Under the pieces are notes generated by a model that saw only the letters and a list, made by a program, of their open reading frames with translations, was not told the origin of the DNA and did not search any database. From positions 19,690-83,689 of the forward strand of contig JADHWE010000002.1 of assembly GCA_016783675.1 (NCBI GenBank): a DNA stretch of 64,000 nt. Direction: 5' to 3'. The stretch's first letter is position 1. Every line of letters begins with the position of its first letter. The position numbers and the translations under genes are program-made. This document shows, in pieces, positions 9,265 through 18,580 of this stretch. Source of the stretch: Kiritimatiellia bacterium. GTDB lineage: Bacteria > Verrucomicrobiota > Kiritimatiellia > UBA8416 > JABMPJ01.

Positions 9265-12063
9265 ATGTTTGGTCGATTCTTACGCGCTTCCACCTGCGTG
9301 TCCTGGCTTGTGATTTTATCCCTTGTGGCAGCAACATATGCGGTAGCGGATCCGCTGCAGCCGGAGACCCTCGAACAGATCGAGAAGAAGCTCGCGCAAT
9401 CCCCGAACGATACGGGGTTTCTCGCCACCAAGGGCGCCATGCAGCGCCAGGCACAGGACTACACGGGCGCCGCAAAGACCTACGATCGCATCCTGGCACT
9501 CACCCCGGATGACGCTCGTTCGCGCAATCTCCTCGTGATGGTGCTCCACAAAGCGGCCGAGGAAAGCGACCCGGCCCAAGCCCTTCCGCTCATGCGCCGC
9601 GCCGTATCGTTGGCTCCGGAGGCCGACTTCCTCAAGCCCGCCTACCTGACCGCGCTGCACGGCAGTGGCGCCACCAGCGAACTGGTTAAAGCCTATGAAG
9701 GGCTTCCGGAAGGCTACGAGCTGCCGGCGGCGATGCTCGTGGCCGTGGCCGATGCTTACCGCGAAGCCGGACAGCGCTCCGAGGCCGCCGCCATCTATCG
9801 CACGATTCTGGATGCCGCCCCGGCCGATGCCGATGCGGGTCTCGGGCTGGCCCTGGCCCTGCTCGACGATGAACGCTACCCCGATGCCCTGGAAGCCATT
9901 CAGCGTACGATCGGCTTGAACCCGCAACGTCCCACGCTCCTGCTCGCATTGGCCGCCATCCAATGGCAATCCGGCGGACGCGTGCTTGCGCTCGACACGT
10001 TTGACGAGATTCTCGAGCTCGACCCGCAAAACGCCGACGCGGTCAATCTGAAGGCCCAGCTCCTGTGCGACATGGGCTGCATCAGCCTGGCCCAGGAAGT
10101 CGTGACCGCCCACGCCCCGCTCATGTGGGTGCACGTCCGACGCCACGTGGAATCCAGCATGGCTGAGGCGCAGGCCGCCTGGAATGAAACGGGCGAGAAA
10201 GCCGAGCCCCTTCCGGAATTCGAGCCCGATGAGCTGCTGGCGCTGTGTTACTATGATGTAGCCGACCTCGAGAGCCGGGCCGCCACCGTCGTCAGCTCCA
10301 TCCGTTTTCTTCAGCACATCGAATACCTGCGCACGCACGACTACAACTTCGTGAGCGCGGGCGACGTGGTTGCCGCCCGTCGCGGTGAGCACAGCCTGCC
10401 GGACAACGCCGTGCTGCTCACCTTTGACCACGGATACGCCGGCATCATCAAGCACGTCATCCCCGTGCTTGAACTCTACAATATCCCGGCGATTGTCTCC
10501 GTGTGTCCGGCCTGGATCGAGAACGGGCCGCCCATGGACCTGAGCGGGCCCCTCATGTCGTGGGAGGAGATTGGACAGCTCGCCGGGCACCGCCTGGTGA
10601 CGCTGGGTCTTGAAGCCGAGGGCCTCTTCGAGCTTGTATGCGGCAACCCGCAAGGGGATGCCGGTTTCGCGGCCATGACGCGCATGTATGATGCCGCGAC
10701 GAAACGGTACGAGACGGAGGCGGAACAACGCTCGCGCATCCAGGCCACACTGGGCCATGCCCTGCGCCTGACCAAAGAGCGCGTCGGGTCACGGCCACGC
10801 GTGCTGGTATGGTCGCATGGCGCCCGCAACGCACCGGCCGCCGCCGAGGCGGAACGGCTGGGCTTCGTCCTACAGCTCGGGCTGCACGCACAGCCACATG
10901 TCACCGATACAGAGGAACTGGAACGCGTGCCGGTGCTGCATGGCCCCGCCGTGGGAAGGTTCATCGCTCTCGTGAAGCCGACGCCGCCTGCCATTCCGCA
11001 GGTACGGGCGGTCAGCGTTTCAATGGATGCGATCAACGCCCCCACCGAAACGGAGCTCGACGGCAACATCATCCGCCTGGCACAGCGACTGCGCAACGTG
11101 GGCGCCAACACGGTCATCCTCTCCGCCTGCGCCGATGCCGATGGCGACGGCAACGCCGAGGCCGCCTACTTCCCCACGGCGCAGCTCCCCGTGTTGCACG
11201 ACGCCCTTGACCATGTGGTGGCGCGACTGCAGGGCGCGCGCTTCCGCGTACTGCTTGAACTGCCCGTGCTCAGCTTTGAGCGCCCCGCCACCCCGCGCCA
11301 TGACACGATGCGGGTGATGGAAGCGCGGACCGCGGGTGTGCGGCCCTCCTTCTCGCTGCAGAAGCGGTACTCCCCCTTCCACCCCGATGTCACCTCGTGG
11401 ATTACCCAACTCTACCGCGACCTGGCCGGCCATGTCCGCTGCGACGGTATTGTGTTCGGTGAAGACGCCTACCTGACCGATAGCGAGGATTACAACGCGG
11501 CAGCACAGAAGGTCTATGCCGCCCGAATCGGAACGCCGACACCCGGAACCGAGACGCTCAGTCCGGCGCAGGAGCAAGCCTGGGTCCGGCTGAAGACCGA
11601 GACGCTTAACCGCCTGACGACACGCCTGGGCAAACACGTGCAGCGCTACCGCCCCCGCTGTGAACTGGCCCGGGCCGTTTTCGCCCCCCTACTCCACTAC
11701 CCGGAATCGGAACGCTGGTTCGCGCAGAACTACAAGGATGCACTCACACTCTACGACCACGTCCTGCTCATGGCCTACGCCGAAATGGAGGATATCCGCC
11801 GACCGGACGCTTGGCTCGCCAAGCTGGTCGATCTCGCCGATGCCGAAGATAACGGCCTGGAAAAGACCATCTTCATGCTGCAGGCCGTCGATTGGGAGAG
11901 ACACAAACCCGTCAAGGCCAGCAGCCTGCGCAGTCGACTGCGACACATGGCACACAGCGGCGCGCTGCACATGGCCTATGGTCCGGATGCCCCGCTTGGC
12001 GACGTACCCGCCGCCAATTCGATGAAACAGGCCCTCTCCGAGGATACGCGCGCGAGGAGATAA
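9265..12063 (+). CDS. Secreted TPR-repeat protein fused to a NodB/CE4 polysaccharide deacetylase and a PgaB C-terminal-like (GH153-like) domain
   Basis: The signal peptide MFGRFLRASTCVSWLVILSLVAATYA follows a GGGAGG RBS. TPR-like A/L-rich repeats span ~residues 30-300. LTFDHGYAG...IPAIVSV is a CE4 motif. The C-terminal third has (beta/alpha)-barrel-like composition. No pgaC or pgaA is nearby. Confidence 0.55.
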   Translation: MFGRFLRASTCVSWLVILSLVAATYAVADPLQPETLEQIEKKLAQSPNDTGFLATKGAMQRQAQDYTGAAKTYDRILALTPDDARSRNLLVMVLHKAAEESDPAQALPLMRRAVSLAPEADFLKPAYLTALHGSGATSELVKAYEGLPEGYELPAAMLVAVADAYREAGQRSEAAAIYRTILDAAPADADAGLGLALALLDDERYPDALEAIQRTIGLNPQRPTLLLALAAIQWQSGGRVLALDTFDEILELDPQNADAVNLKAQLLCDMGCISLAQEVVTAHAPLMWVHVRRHVESSMAEAQAAWNETGEKAEPLPEFEPDELLALCYYDVADLESRAATVVSSIRFLQHIEYLRTHDYNFVSAGDVVAARRGEHSLPDNAVLLTFDHGYAGIIKHVIPVLELYNIPAIVSVCPAWIENGPPMDLSGPLMSWEEIGQLAGHRLVTLGLEAEGLFELVCGNPQGDAGFAAMTRMYDAATKRYETEAEQRSRIQATLGHALRLTKERVGSRPRVLVWSHGARNAPAAAEAERLGFVLQLGLHAQPHVTDTEELERVPVLHGPAVGRFIALVKPTPPAIPQVRAVSVSMDAINAPTETELDGNIIRLAQRLRNVGANTVILSACADADGDGNAEAAYFPTAQLPVLHDALDHVVARLQGARFRVLLELPVLSFERPATPRHDTMRVMEARTAGVRPSFSLQKRYSPFHPDVTSWITQLYRDLAGHVRCDGIVFGEDAYLTDSEDYNAAAQKVYAARIGTPTPGTETLSPAQEQAWVRLKTETLNRLTTRLGKHVQRYRPRCELARAVFAPLLHYPESERWFAQNYKDALTLYDHVLLMAYAEMEDIRRPDAWLAKLVDLADAEDNGLEKTIFMLQAVDWERHKPVKASSLRSRLRHMAHSGALHMAYGPDAPLGDVPAANSMKQALSEDTRARR

Positions 12064-12179
12064 GGCATTTTTAGTTCTTGAACTGGTTGCGTGTCCTGTT
12101 CATATTGAGAATGAAAACAGATGCAAACACGGTGAGCTTGCTTACCTTTATATTTACCTCCATGAAGGGAGGCAGAGTT

Positions 12180-12629
12180 ATGAAGACCACATGGTGGGGC
12201 GTTTTTGCGCGCCTGGTCACGGTCGTACTGCTGGCAGGAATATGTCTGCCGGTTGGTAACGCCTTGGCTGCAAAGGGAACAGTCAGAAAATGGCGTGTAC
12301 CGATCGTGATGGAGAAAGCGACCGTACGCGGTAAGATTGTCGTACTTGAGACACGCGTCAAAGAGCGAACGATTATCCAGGGGCTTCGGGTTCAGGTTTG
12401 GACATGGAAAGAGAATGCCAGCGGGAAGACCGTCCCGGACAAGCTGCTTCACGAGACGAAGACGGATCGTGACGGGTTTTTCTCGCTGCCGGTCATCGAC
12501 AACGGGAACTACCTTCTCGTGGTTGGCGACCTCTACCTGAAACTCACCGTTGTAGCGCCGACGATCGTCAAGCAGGGCCAGCAGGAACCTAAGATTCTGT
12601 TGATTCTGCTGCCCAAAGAAGTCATCTAG
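12180..12629 (+). CDS. Small secreted protein, carboxypeptidase-regulatory-like / transthyretin-like beta-sandwich (hypothetical)
   Basis: MKTTWWGVFARLVTVVLLAGICLPVGNALA signal peptide. Pattern VRGKIVVLE...TDRDGFFSLPVIDNGNYLLVV. An AT-rich upstream region provides the RBS GGGAGG. Confidence 0.4.
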   Translation: MKTTWWGVFARLVTVVLLAGICLPVGNALAAKGTVRKWRVPIVMEKATVRGKIVVLETRVKERTIIQGLRVQVWTWKENASGKTVPDKLLHETKTDRDGFFSLPVIDNGNYLLVVGDLYLKLTVVAPTIVKQGQQEPKILLILLPKEVI

Positions 12630-12658
12630 CGATTCGTGATGCGGGATGCGGGCACAGC

Positions 12659-12910
12659 CTAATGTGAACGTTTCCGTGGGGGCGGTCGCTTTCCGCATTT
12701 TGACTTCCCTCGTGCGTTGCAGCCGCCATGCGGTCGCTTCAGGCATTCGACACAGCGAGCGTCACTACACATCTGGCAGCTAAAGCAGTCGCGACAGTTG
12801 TGCTTCTTCTCTCCGACGGGTTGGGGGTCTGGCTGCCACACCAACCCATCCAGCCCACGCATCTTTATCCATGCCATACTCGTATCCCTTATCACGCATC
12901 TGCCGCACAC
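12659..12910 (-). CDS. Possible small Cys-rich (CxxC-repeat) protein with a basic C-terminal tail
   Basis: CRDCFSCQMCSDARCVEC...CNARGKSKCGKRPPPRKRSH. Lies 20 nt downstream of the Ldh_2 gene on the same strand. Could be spurious. Confidence 0.3.
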   Translation of the reverse strand: MCGRCVIRDTSMAWIKMRGLDGLVWQPDPQPVGEKKHNCRDCFSCQMCSDARCVECLKRPHGGCNARGKSKCGKRPPPRKRSH

Positions 12911-12930
12911 GGTGCCCCAGCCAGTCCTCC

Positions 12931-14046
12931 TTACTCAAACGCGAACCGGTATCCATCCAGACCCAGCTCGTCACGCATCGTGATGATCTGTTTCTGCAGC
13001 TCGGTGCCCAGCGGTACGCCGGAGTCCTTCCGTTCAAGCCAGGCCAAGTGCTCCTTCTCGCCGCAGGTGTAGATCCGCTCCGCCCCCGGCGCCTTCTGTG
13101 AGCCGCGCAAGGCACGCAGGATATCACCGGTTGTCTTCTTGAATGCCTCCAGCTCGGTAAAGGCCGAGATATTGACCGCCATGAAGAAGTGGCCCAGCCG
13201 ATAGGGCACACGATTACCGTCCGCATCGAACCCCGAGAGTTGTTTCAGGAAAGCGCCCTGCTGCAATGCGGCTGACAGGATCTCCACCACGGTGGCATAC
13301 CCATACCCCTTGTAGCCGGCCGTTTCCTCGCCGATCCCGCCGACGGGCACCAGTGCCGCCGTGCCGGCCACGAGTTCGTCCAGGACCGCCTCGGCATCCG
13401 TGCGTGTGCGGCCTTCACGATCGATCACCCAGCCGGCCGGCAGTGCTTTGCCTTCGCGTGCATATTGCTCGATCTTGCCGCGCTGCGAGACGGATGTCGC
13501 ATAGTCATTCGTGAAAGGAAATGGCTCATCGGTAGGGAAGGCAAATACCAACGGGTTCGTGCCCAGCATGTTCTCCACGCCGAAGGTCGGCGCGATGGAC
13601 GGGCGCGCATTCGTGCCGCACATCCCCAGCATACCGGCGTTGCAGGCCATGAGGGGGTAATAGCCGGCGATCCCGTAGTGGGTCGAATCACGCGCCACCA
13701 CCATCCCGATGCCGAACTCCGCGGCCTTGTCGATCGCCATTTGCATGCAGCGTTTGGCGATCACCATGCCCATGCCGTGATGTCCATCCACCACGGCCGT
13801 GGCGCCCAGTTCCCGCACAATCTCGAACTCGGTGACGGGGACCTGGACCTTGTGATGAACGATCCGGTCATAGTAGATCGGCTTGAGCCGCCCCACCCCA
13901 TGTGAGTCAATACCGCGCTTGTCCGCCGCAATCAGAACGTCGGCGCACACCGCCGCATCCTCCGCCGGTACACCAAGCCCCTTAAACACATCCACCATGA
14001 ACGCTTCCATGGCATCAAAGTCCATGCAACAGATGTTGTCAGTCAT
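12931..14046 (-). CDS. Ldh_2 family NAD(P)-dependent dehydrogenase (malate / L-sulfolactate / ureidoglycolate dehydrogenase family)
   Basis: Conserved Ldh_2 blocks GIDSHGVGR and HYGIAGYY. The start is taken at the internal MTDNICCMDF; the ORF-track N-terminal extension is probably non-coding. Confidence 0.75.
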   Translation of the reverse strand: MTDNICCMDFDAMEAFMVDVFKGLGVPAEDAAVCADVLIAADKRGIDSHGVGRLKPIYYDRIVHHKVQVPVTEFEIVRELGATAVVDGHHGMGMVIAKRCMQMAIDKAAEFGIGMVVARDSTHYGIAGYYPLMACNAGMLGMCGTNARPSIAPTFGVENMLGTNPLVFAFPTDEPFPFTNDYATSVSQRGKIEQYAREGKALPAGWVIDREGRTRTDAEAVLDELVAGTAALVPVGGIGEETAGYKGYGYATVVEILSAALQQGAFLKQLSGFDADGNRVPYRLGHFFMAVNISAFTELEAFKKTTGDILRALRGSQKAPGAERIYTCGEKEHLAWLERKDSGVPLGTELQKQIITMRDELGLDGYRFAFE

Positions 14047-14095
14047 TTCTGGATTCCTTTCCTTTTCAAGACACCGCGCGCTCAATAGCCAATAC

Positions 14096-14235
14096 TCAGC
14101 AAGGAATATCCAATCTCCAAATGAGCGAGAGAGGAGCATGACAGATGTTGACGCTCTGCATTCGCCTTCCCTCGCTCTCCGGCCTTGGCCGGTTGGATAT
14201 TCCTTGTTGGATGTTGGCTATTGAAAAGATACCTC
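14096..14235. repeat. Copy A of a ~135-bp imperfect palindromic intergenic repeat element (REP/MITE-like)
   Basis: Terminal 14-bp perfect inverted repeat caaggaatatccaa / ttggatattccttg. Shares the ends ccaaRtgagcgagaga and gttggaYattccttgttggatgttgg with copy B at 24966-25110. Confidence 0.6.
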
Positions 14236-15972
14236 CCACATCCCTCTCACCGAGTTCACGAGACACACTCTCGTGCAACGCGCCAGATCATCACGACGCA
14301 CCACCGCTTCACTGGCGGCGCCACTCGTCAGCAGAAACTCGCGATAGACGCCCGGCAGCAACCCGCAGCGCACCGGCGGCGTAACCAGCTTGCCGTCCAG
14401 TTCCACCACGATGTTGGCAATCGTTGACTCGGTCAACTCGCCCTCTGCATTCCACAGCAGGACGTCGTCCACATCAGGATGCGCCGCGCGTGCTTCTTTA
14501 TATACCCTACGATGCGTGGTTTTGTGAAACAGGAATCGATCATCCGCATCTACCGCTCGCGCCGCCAGGCACACGCGATAGGGGTCCGGCAACGCCTTCA
14601 ACGGTGCGCTTGCCACGTTCGCGCGTCCATCGGGCCCGACGGTCAGACGGACCTTGTGCGCCTCACCGGACAGGCGGTCCGCCTCGGCTTGCAGGGCCTT
14701 GCGGACGGTTTCGATGTCGATGAGCCATCCAAAATAGTCGGCTGATGCCTGGAGACGGGCCACATGTTTCTCCGGCAGAAGATAGCCCGTGCCCGGCACC
14801 CAGAGCAGCGACTCCAGCAACTCAAACGCCGGCGCGGGCGACCTCAGCACCGCCGCCTTGGTATAGCACTCGGCCAGCTCGGCGATATCGGAGCTGTCCC
14901 ACACGATACCGCCCCCCACCCCGTACTCGGCCGTGTCACATGTCCGGTCCACCAACGCGGAGCGGATCGCCACGTTGAACTGAGCCTCGCGTCCGGGCGC
15001 GAGGTATCCGATGGTCCCGGTGTAGATCCGCCGCGGTGACTCTTCCAGCTCCGTGATGATCTCCATGGTCTGCGCTTTCGGCGCCCCCGTAATGGATGCG
15101 GCGGGAAAGAGCGCGCGGAAGATATCCGGCAGGCCAGCGTCGGTCTGCCCGTGGACGGTGCTGGTCATCTGCAGCACGGTGGGATAGCGCTCGACGTCGA
15201 ACAGCTTGATGACCTCCACCGTGCCCGCGTCCGCGATACGCCCGAGGTCGTTGCGCACCATGTCGACAATCATGACGTTCTCGGCGCGATCCTTGGCCGA
15301 CTGCTGCAGCTCGCGTGCGCGGGCAACATCTTCATCCAGCCACCTCCCGCGCGGACGCGTGCCTTTCATGGGCCGTGAGATGATGTCGCGACCGTTGAGC
15401 CGGAAGAAAAGCTCCGGCGAGGCACTGCACAAGATCCAGTCGCCCGCATCAACATAGGCCGCGTAGCCGACCGATGCCCCGCCAACCATGTGACCAAAGA
15501 GTGTCCACGCATCGACCGGCGCATCAGCGCGCAGCCGGAACGAGAAGTTAACCTGGTAGGTGTCGCCCGCGGCAATGTAGTCGCGCACGCGCGCAATCGC
15601 GGCGTGGTAGGCGTCGTCATTGAGCGACGGTTGCCAGTCCTGACCGGCGTCTTGGGCGACATCGGCTTCCGGAGCGGCAACCGGCTCACCGTCCGTGTAG
15701 AGCCCAAACCATGCCAGCGGAAACTCGGGCGGAGGATGGGTCTTCAGCGCCGGATCGCACGCGGCAGCAGCTTCGTATGCGACGAACCCGGCCGCCGTCA
15801 GTCCCTCCGTTTCCACGGCGGCTTCGGCCGCCTCCAGAAGAGGGATAACCTCCGACAGTTCACGGGCCACCAGGATGCGGACGGGATCGCTGTAGCGGAC
15901 CCAGCGCTTCCGCCAGGGATCCTGCAACACAACGGTATTGACGCTGGGCCTGCCGGACTGCGCCATGCTCAC
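14218..15972 (-). CDS. pabB: Bifunctional aminodeoxychorismate synthase component I / aminodeoxychorismate lyase (PabB-PabC fusion)
   Basis: Chorismate-binding domain motifs (IVDMVRNDLGRI, PAASITGAPK) followed by a class IV aminotransferase-fold domain. GTG start overlaps the upstream ORF stop (GTGA). Confidence 0.75.
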   Translation of the reverse strand: MSMAQSGRPSVNTVVLQDPWRKRWVRYSDPVRILVARELSEVIPLLEAAEAAVETEGLTAAGFVAYEAAAACDPALKTHPPPEFPLAWFGLYTDGEPVAAPEADVAQDAGQDWQPSLNDDAYHAAIARVRDYIAAGDTYQVNFSFRLRADAPVDAWTLFGHMVGGASVGYAAYVDAGDWILCSASPELFFRLNGRDIISRPMKGTRPRGRWLDEDVARARELQQSAKDRAENVMIVDMVRNDLGRIADAGTVEVIKLFDVERYPTVLQMTSTVHGQTDAGLPDIFRALFPAASITGAPKAQTMEIITELEESPRRIYTGTIGYLAPGREAQFNVAIRSALVDRTCDTAEYGVGGGIVWDSSDIAELAECYTKAAVLRSPAPAFELLESLLWVPGTGYLLPEKHVARLQASADYFGWLIDIETVRKALQAEADRLSGEAHKVRLTVGPDGRANVASAPLKALPDPYRVCLAARAVDADDRFLFHKTTHRRVYKEARAAHPDVDDVLLWNAEGELTESTIANIVVELDGKLVTPPVRCGLLPGVYREFLLTSGAASEAVVRRDDLARCTRVCLVNSVRGMWEVSFQ

Positions 15973-16496
15973 TCCAGGCCCAGGATGCGCCGCACGTTTT
16001 CGCGGCAGTGGATGATATGATGATCGGGCATGTCGACGTCGCCCATCATGCTCAACAGGGAGTCGTCATCGACATCGAGCATGGAGATGATGCTGATCAC
16101 TTCTTTCTCGTGCGGATCATCCGTCGACTGCAGTAACTCCATCGTGGGCACATGGTCGACATGACGTTTCTTGACCCACGGCCGCATCTCCTGCTCCGGG
16201 ATTTGACAGAAGCAGTGGGAAGGATCCACGAAACCGGATTCCGACAGCCGGATGCGTCCGCCTGTAGGTTCGCGCGGCTCGGGCGCAGGCGCCGGCTCCA
16301 TCTGCGGAATTTTGGCGAACTTGAAGGCTAAGAGAATGACGATCGTCCACGTTACGCCCGTCAGCATGAAGCAGGGGCCCATCACCAACAGCGCGAACTC
16401 ATCGAAGACTTTCCACAACACCAGCAACAGCAGGCCCAGGAGAAAACTGACCGCACCCACGGCCAGGAAGGTCGTGCGCTGCTTCTGTCCGATCAT
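15969..16496 (-). CDS. Hypothetical inner-membrane protein (two TM helices plus acidic cytoplasmic domain), translationally coupled to pabBC
   Basis: 175 aa with two hydrophobic helices. Its stop overlaps the pabB GTG start. Confidence 0.45.
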   Translation of the reverse strand: MIGQKQRTTFLAVGAVSFLLGLLLLVLWKVFDEFALLVMGPCFMLTGVTWTIVILLAFKFAKIPQMEPAPAPEPREPTGGRIRLSESGFVDPSHCFCQIPEQEMRPWVKKRHVDHVPTMELLQSTDDPHEKEVISIISMLDVDDDSLLSMMGDVDMPDHHIIHCRENVRRILGLE

Positions 16497-16616
16497 TGGG
16501 GGATCCTTACCCGGTAGAACCCAGCGGCAGCCGCACCAAGCAGTATACCCCGTTTAGTCATGTCTAAAGATTACGCCGGACGACGCAACAGTTCAATGCC
16601 CTTTATCGTGGCCTCC

Positions 16617-16859
16617 TCAAGTCATGATGACCAGGGCCACGTACGGGATAACGTTGAAGACGAACCAGAGCATCTTGTAGACGCCAAGGAAGCCGTAGAG
16701 CATGGCGTTAAACGTTTCCCGCGGTATGTCATACCACGTGCTGTGCACCCGATAGACCCAGCCCGTCCCCCGTGTACAGAGCAGAAACGACAGCATCAGC
16801 AACGCAAAGTTCAGGACCGTGCACCACATGAAGAATGTCCGAACCACAAGGATATCCAT
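16617..16859 (-). CDS. Small hydrophobic membrane protein (hypothetical)
   Basis: 80 aa with two or three TM segments. Upstream of the 175-aa membrane protein on the same strand. Confidence 0.35.
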   Translation of the reverse strand: MDILVVRTFFMWCTVLNFALLMLSFLLCTRGTGWVYRVHSTWYDIPRETFNAMLYGFLGVYKMLWFVFNVIPYVALVIMT

Positions 16860-17033
16860 GACACACCCCCTTTCGGCTCCACTCTACTGCGTCAGCGCGG
16901 AAGCCTCAACCCTTTCTTCCTGACTTTCTTCCTGCCTCTGATTCCTTGACTTCTTGGGCTCGCTTGGGACACGGTTATGCTATCTTAAATATGTCGCGTG
17001 ACTGGAATCTGCTTCGTGCGAGGGGCGGAAAGG

Positions 17034-18479
17034 ATGATGATGCGCAGTTGGTTGGTGCTTGTCGGCACAATGGTCCTGGCGTTCACGATGATCGCCCAAG
17101 CTGAAGACGCGTTCCGCAACGAGGAAGGCGAAACGGCGCTGCAGGTGGCCCTGAGAGAGGGCAAACGGGAAGCGGTCATGGCACTGCTGACCGAAACTCA
17201 GGCCGCCTACGTTGAGACGTTTGCGCGCGGCACCGCCCAGCAGCCGGACCCGCTTTCACGACAGGAACTCGATCGGGCCTGGGGTGTTCTGCTGGACCTG
17301 ATGCGCGAACACCCGCGTGTGCCGCAACTCAACTTCGTCATCGGGATGCTTGCCGAAAAGCGTAACGACCTGGCCCGGGCCGAACTCGCCTTTGAGCGCG
17401 CTCTGCAGGCCTCGCCGGGCAATCATCGCGCAAGCCTGGAGCTTGCGCGAATCTGCGCACTGTCGGGCCGACACGATGTCGCGCGCCGCCACTACGAGCA
17501 CGTGCTGGCGCAGGATCCGCCCGCCGCTGTGGCAGGCAATGTCAGAGAACAATTGAGCAAACTCGACCGCATGGACAAACGATTCCACATCTCGACGCGC
17601 TTTGATGCAGGCGCCATCTCAGACGACAATGTGAACGTAGGCCCCAGAGATGACGACATCGCCGTCTCGCCACTCACCGTGGGCTCAACCGTTTTCACCG
17701 AGCTCTCCGTAGCACCCGAGTCTCAACCCATTGACGCGAGCGGAGCCTATGCAGCCGCCACGATAGAAATGCTCTATGACTTCGGGCGCTCCGGGGGCTG
17801 GGGGTGGACCACAGACCTGAACTACTACGAAAACTGGCTGGATAAGGAAGAGGAGGACACCCGCTTTGCAAAGGTGGCGTTTGGCGTCAAGCGGGCCACA
17901 AAGAGAAGTCTCTTCAAGGGCAATCTGTATACGGGGCGCATCTGGTTGGGGTCAGACCCGCTCGTCGACACGATTGGGCTACAACCAGCCTACCTGCTCA
18001 CGTTTAAGCCGGGCGGGCGCAGCCTGTACTGGATTTCGGCACTGCAGATAGAACAGCGTGATTATGACACGCGTGATGTCTACGACGGGCTATATATAGG
18101 GATCGAACAGACCGCTCGCCTGATGCTGACCGACCATGCTTCGGTCTACGCCGGGCTGCGCCTTGCCGACAAGGATGCCGATGAACCCGTTTTTGCCTAC
18201 AGTGGTCTTTCCGGGGTCACGGGCACAACCCTCACCTGGAAGCGCCTGCGTCTGTATGCATCGGCTCGCTACACCCGCAACGACTACGATGCGCGTGAAA
18301 CGCTGGCGCCAGAAGATCGCGCGGACAAGATCTGGTCACTTAACGCCAAGGCCCGGCTGAGACTGTTCAGAAACACCGGGATTGAAGTGAAGCAACAGTA
18401 CACGGAGAGCGAATCCACATTTGACCTGTATGACTATGAACGCAGCGTGACCATGGTGGGTCTGTGGGGGAGGTTCTGA
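17034..18479 (+). CDS. TPR-repeat outer-membrane beta-barrel protein (Slam/DUF560-like architecture)
   Basis: Signal peptide MMMRSWLVLVGTMVLAFTMIAQA. N-terminal TPR region. The C-terminal ~300 aa have alternating beta-strand character and end in the aromatic WGRF, typical of OMP barrels. Confidence 0.55.
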   Translation: MMMRSWLVLVGTMVLAFTMIAQAEDAFRNEEGETALQVALREGKREAVMALLTETQAAYVETFARGTAQQPDPLSRQELDRAWGVLLDLMREHPRVPQLNFVIGMLAEKRNDLARAELAFERALQASPGNHRASLELARICALSGRHDVARRHYEHVLAQDPPAAVAGNVREQLSKLDRMDKRFHISTRFDAGAISDDNVNVGPRDDDIAVSPLTVGSTVFTELSVAPESQPIDASGAYAAATIEMLYDFGRSGGWGWTTDLNYYENWLDKEEEDTRFAKVAFGVKRATKRSLFKGNLYTGRIWLGSDPLVDTIGLQPAYLLTFKPGGRSLYWISALQIEQRDYDTRDVYDGLYIGIEQTARLMLTDHASVYAGLRLADKDADEPVFAYSGLSGVTGTTLTWKRLRLYASARYTRNDYDARETLAPEDRADKIWSLNAKARLRLFRNTGIEVKQQYTESESTFDLYDYERSVTMVGLWGRF

Positions 18480-18580
18480 TGAGAAATGCGGAATGCGGAA
18501 TCCGCCTTCGCCGAGGCTACGGCGGACAAGTGCGGAATGCGGAATTCCCCCACATCAAGGTTCAGGGGAACAGGCGCAGA
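18480..18580. promoter_or_regulatory. Intergenic region with four TGCGGAA heptamers arranged as two direct 15-nt repeats (tgcggaatgcggaat) about 46 nt apart
   Basis: aaatgcggaatgcggaatccgcc...aagtgcggaatgcggaattcc lies directly upstream of the FecR-domain gene start. Confidence 0.4.

Noticed and set aside
14047-14139. 31-aa N-terminal extension on the Ldh_2 dehydrogenase
   Set aside because: No homology. The internal Met gives the canonical family start. The extension overlaps the palindromic repeat element.
17034-18479. Calling the TPR beta-barrel protein a bona fide Slam translocon with an adjacent surface-lipoprotein substrate
   Set aside because: The neighbouring protein has a signal peptide but no lipobox cysteine. 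Only the architecture resemblance is retained.
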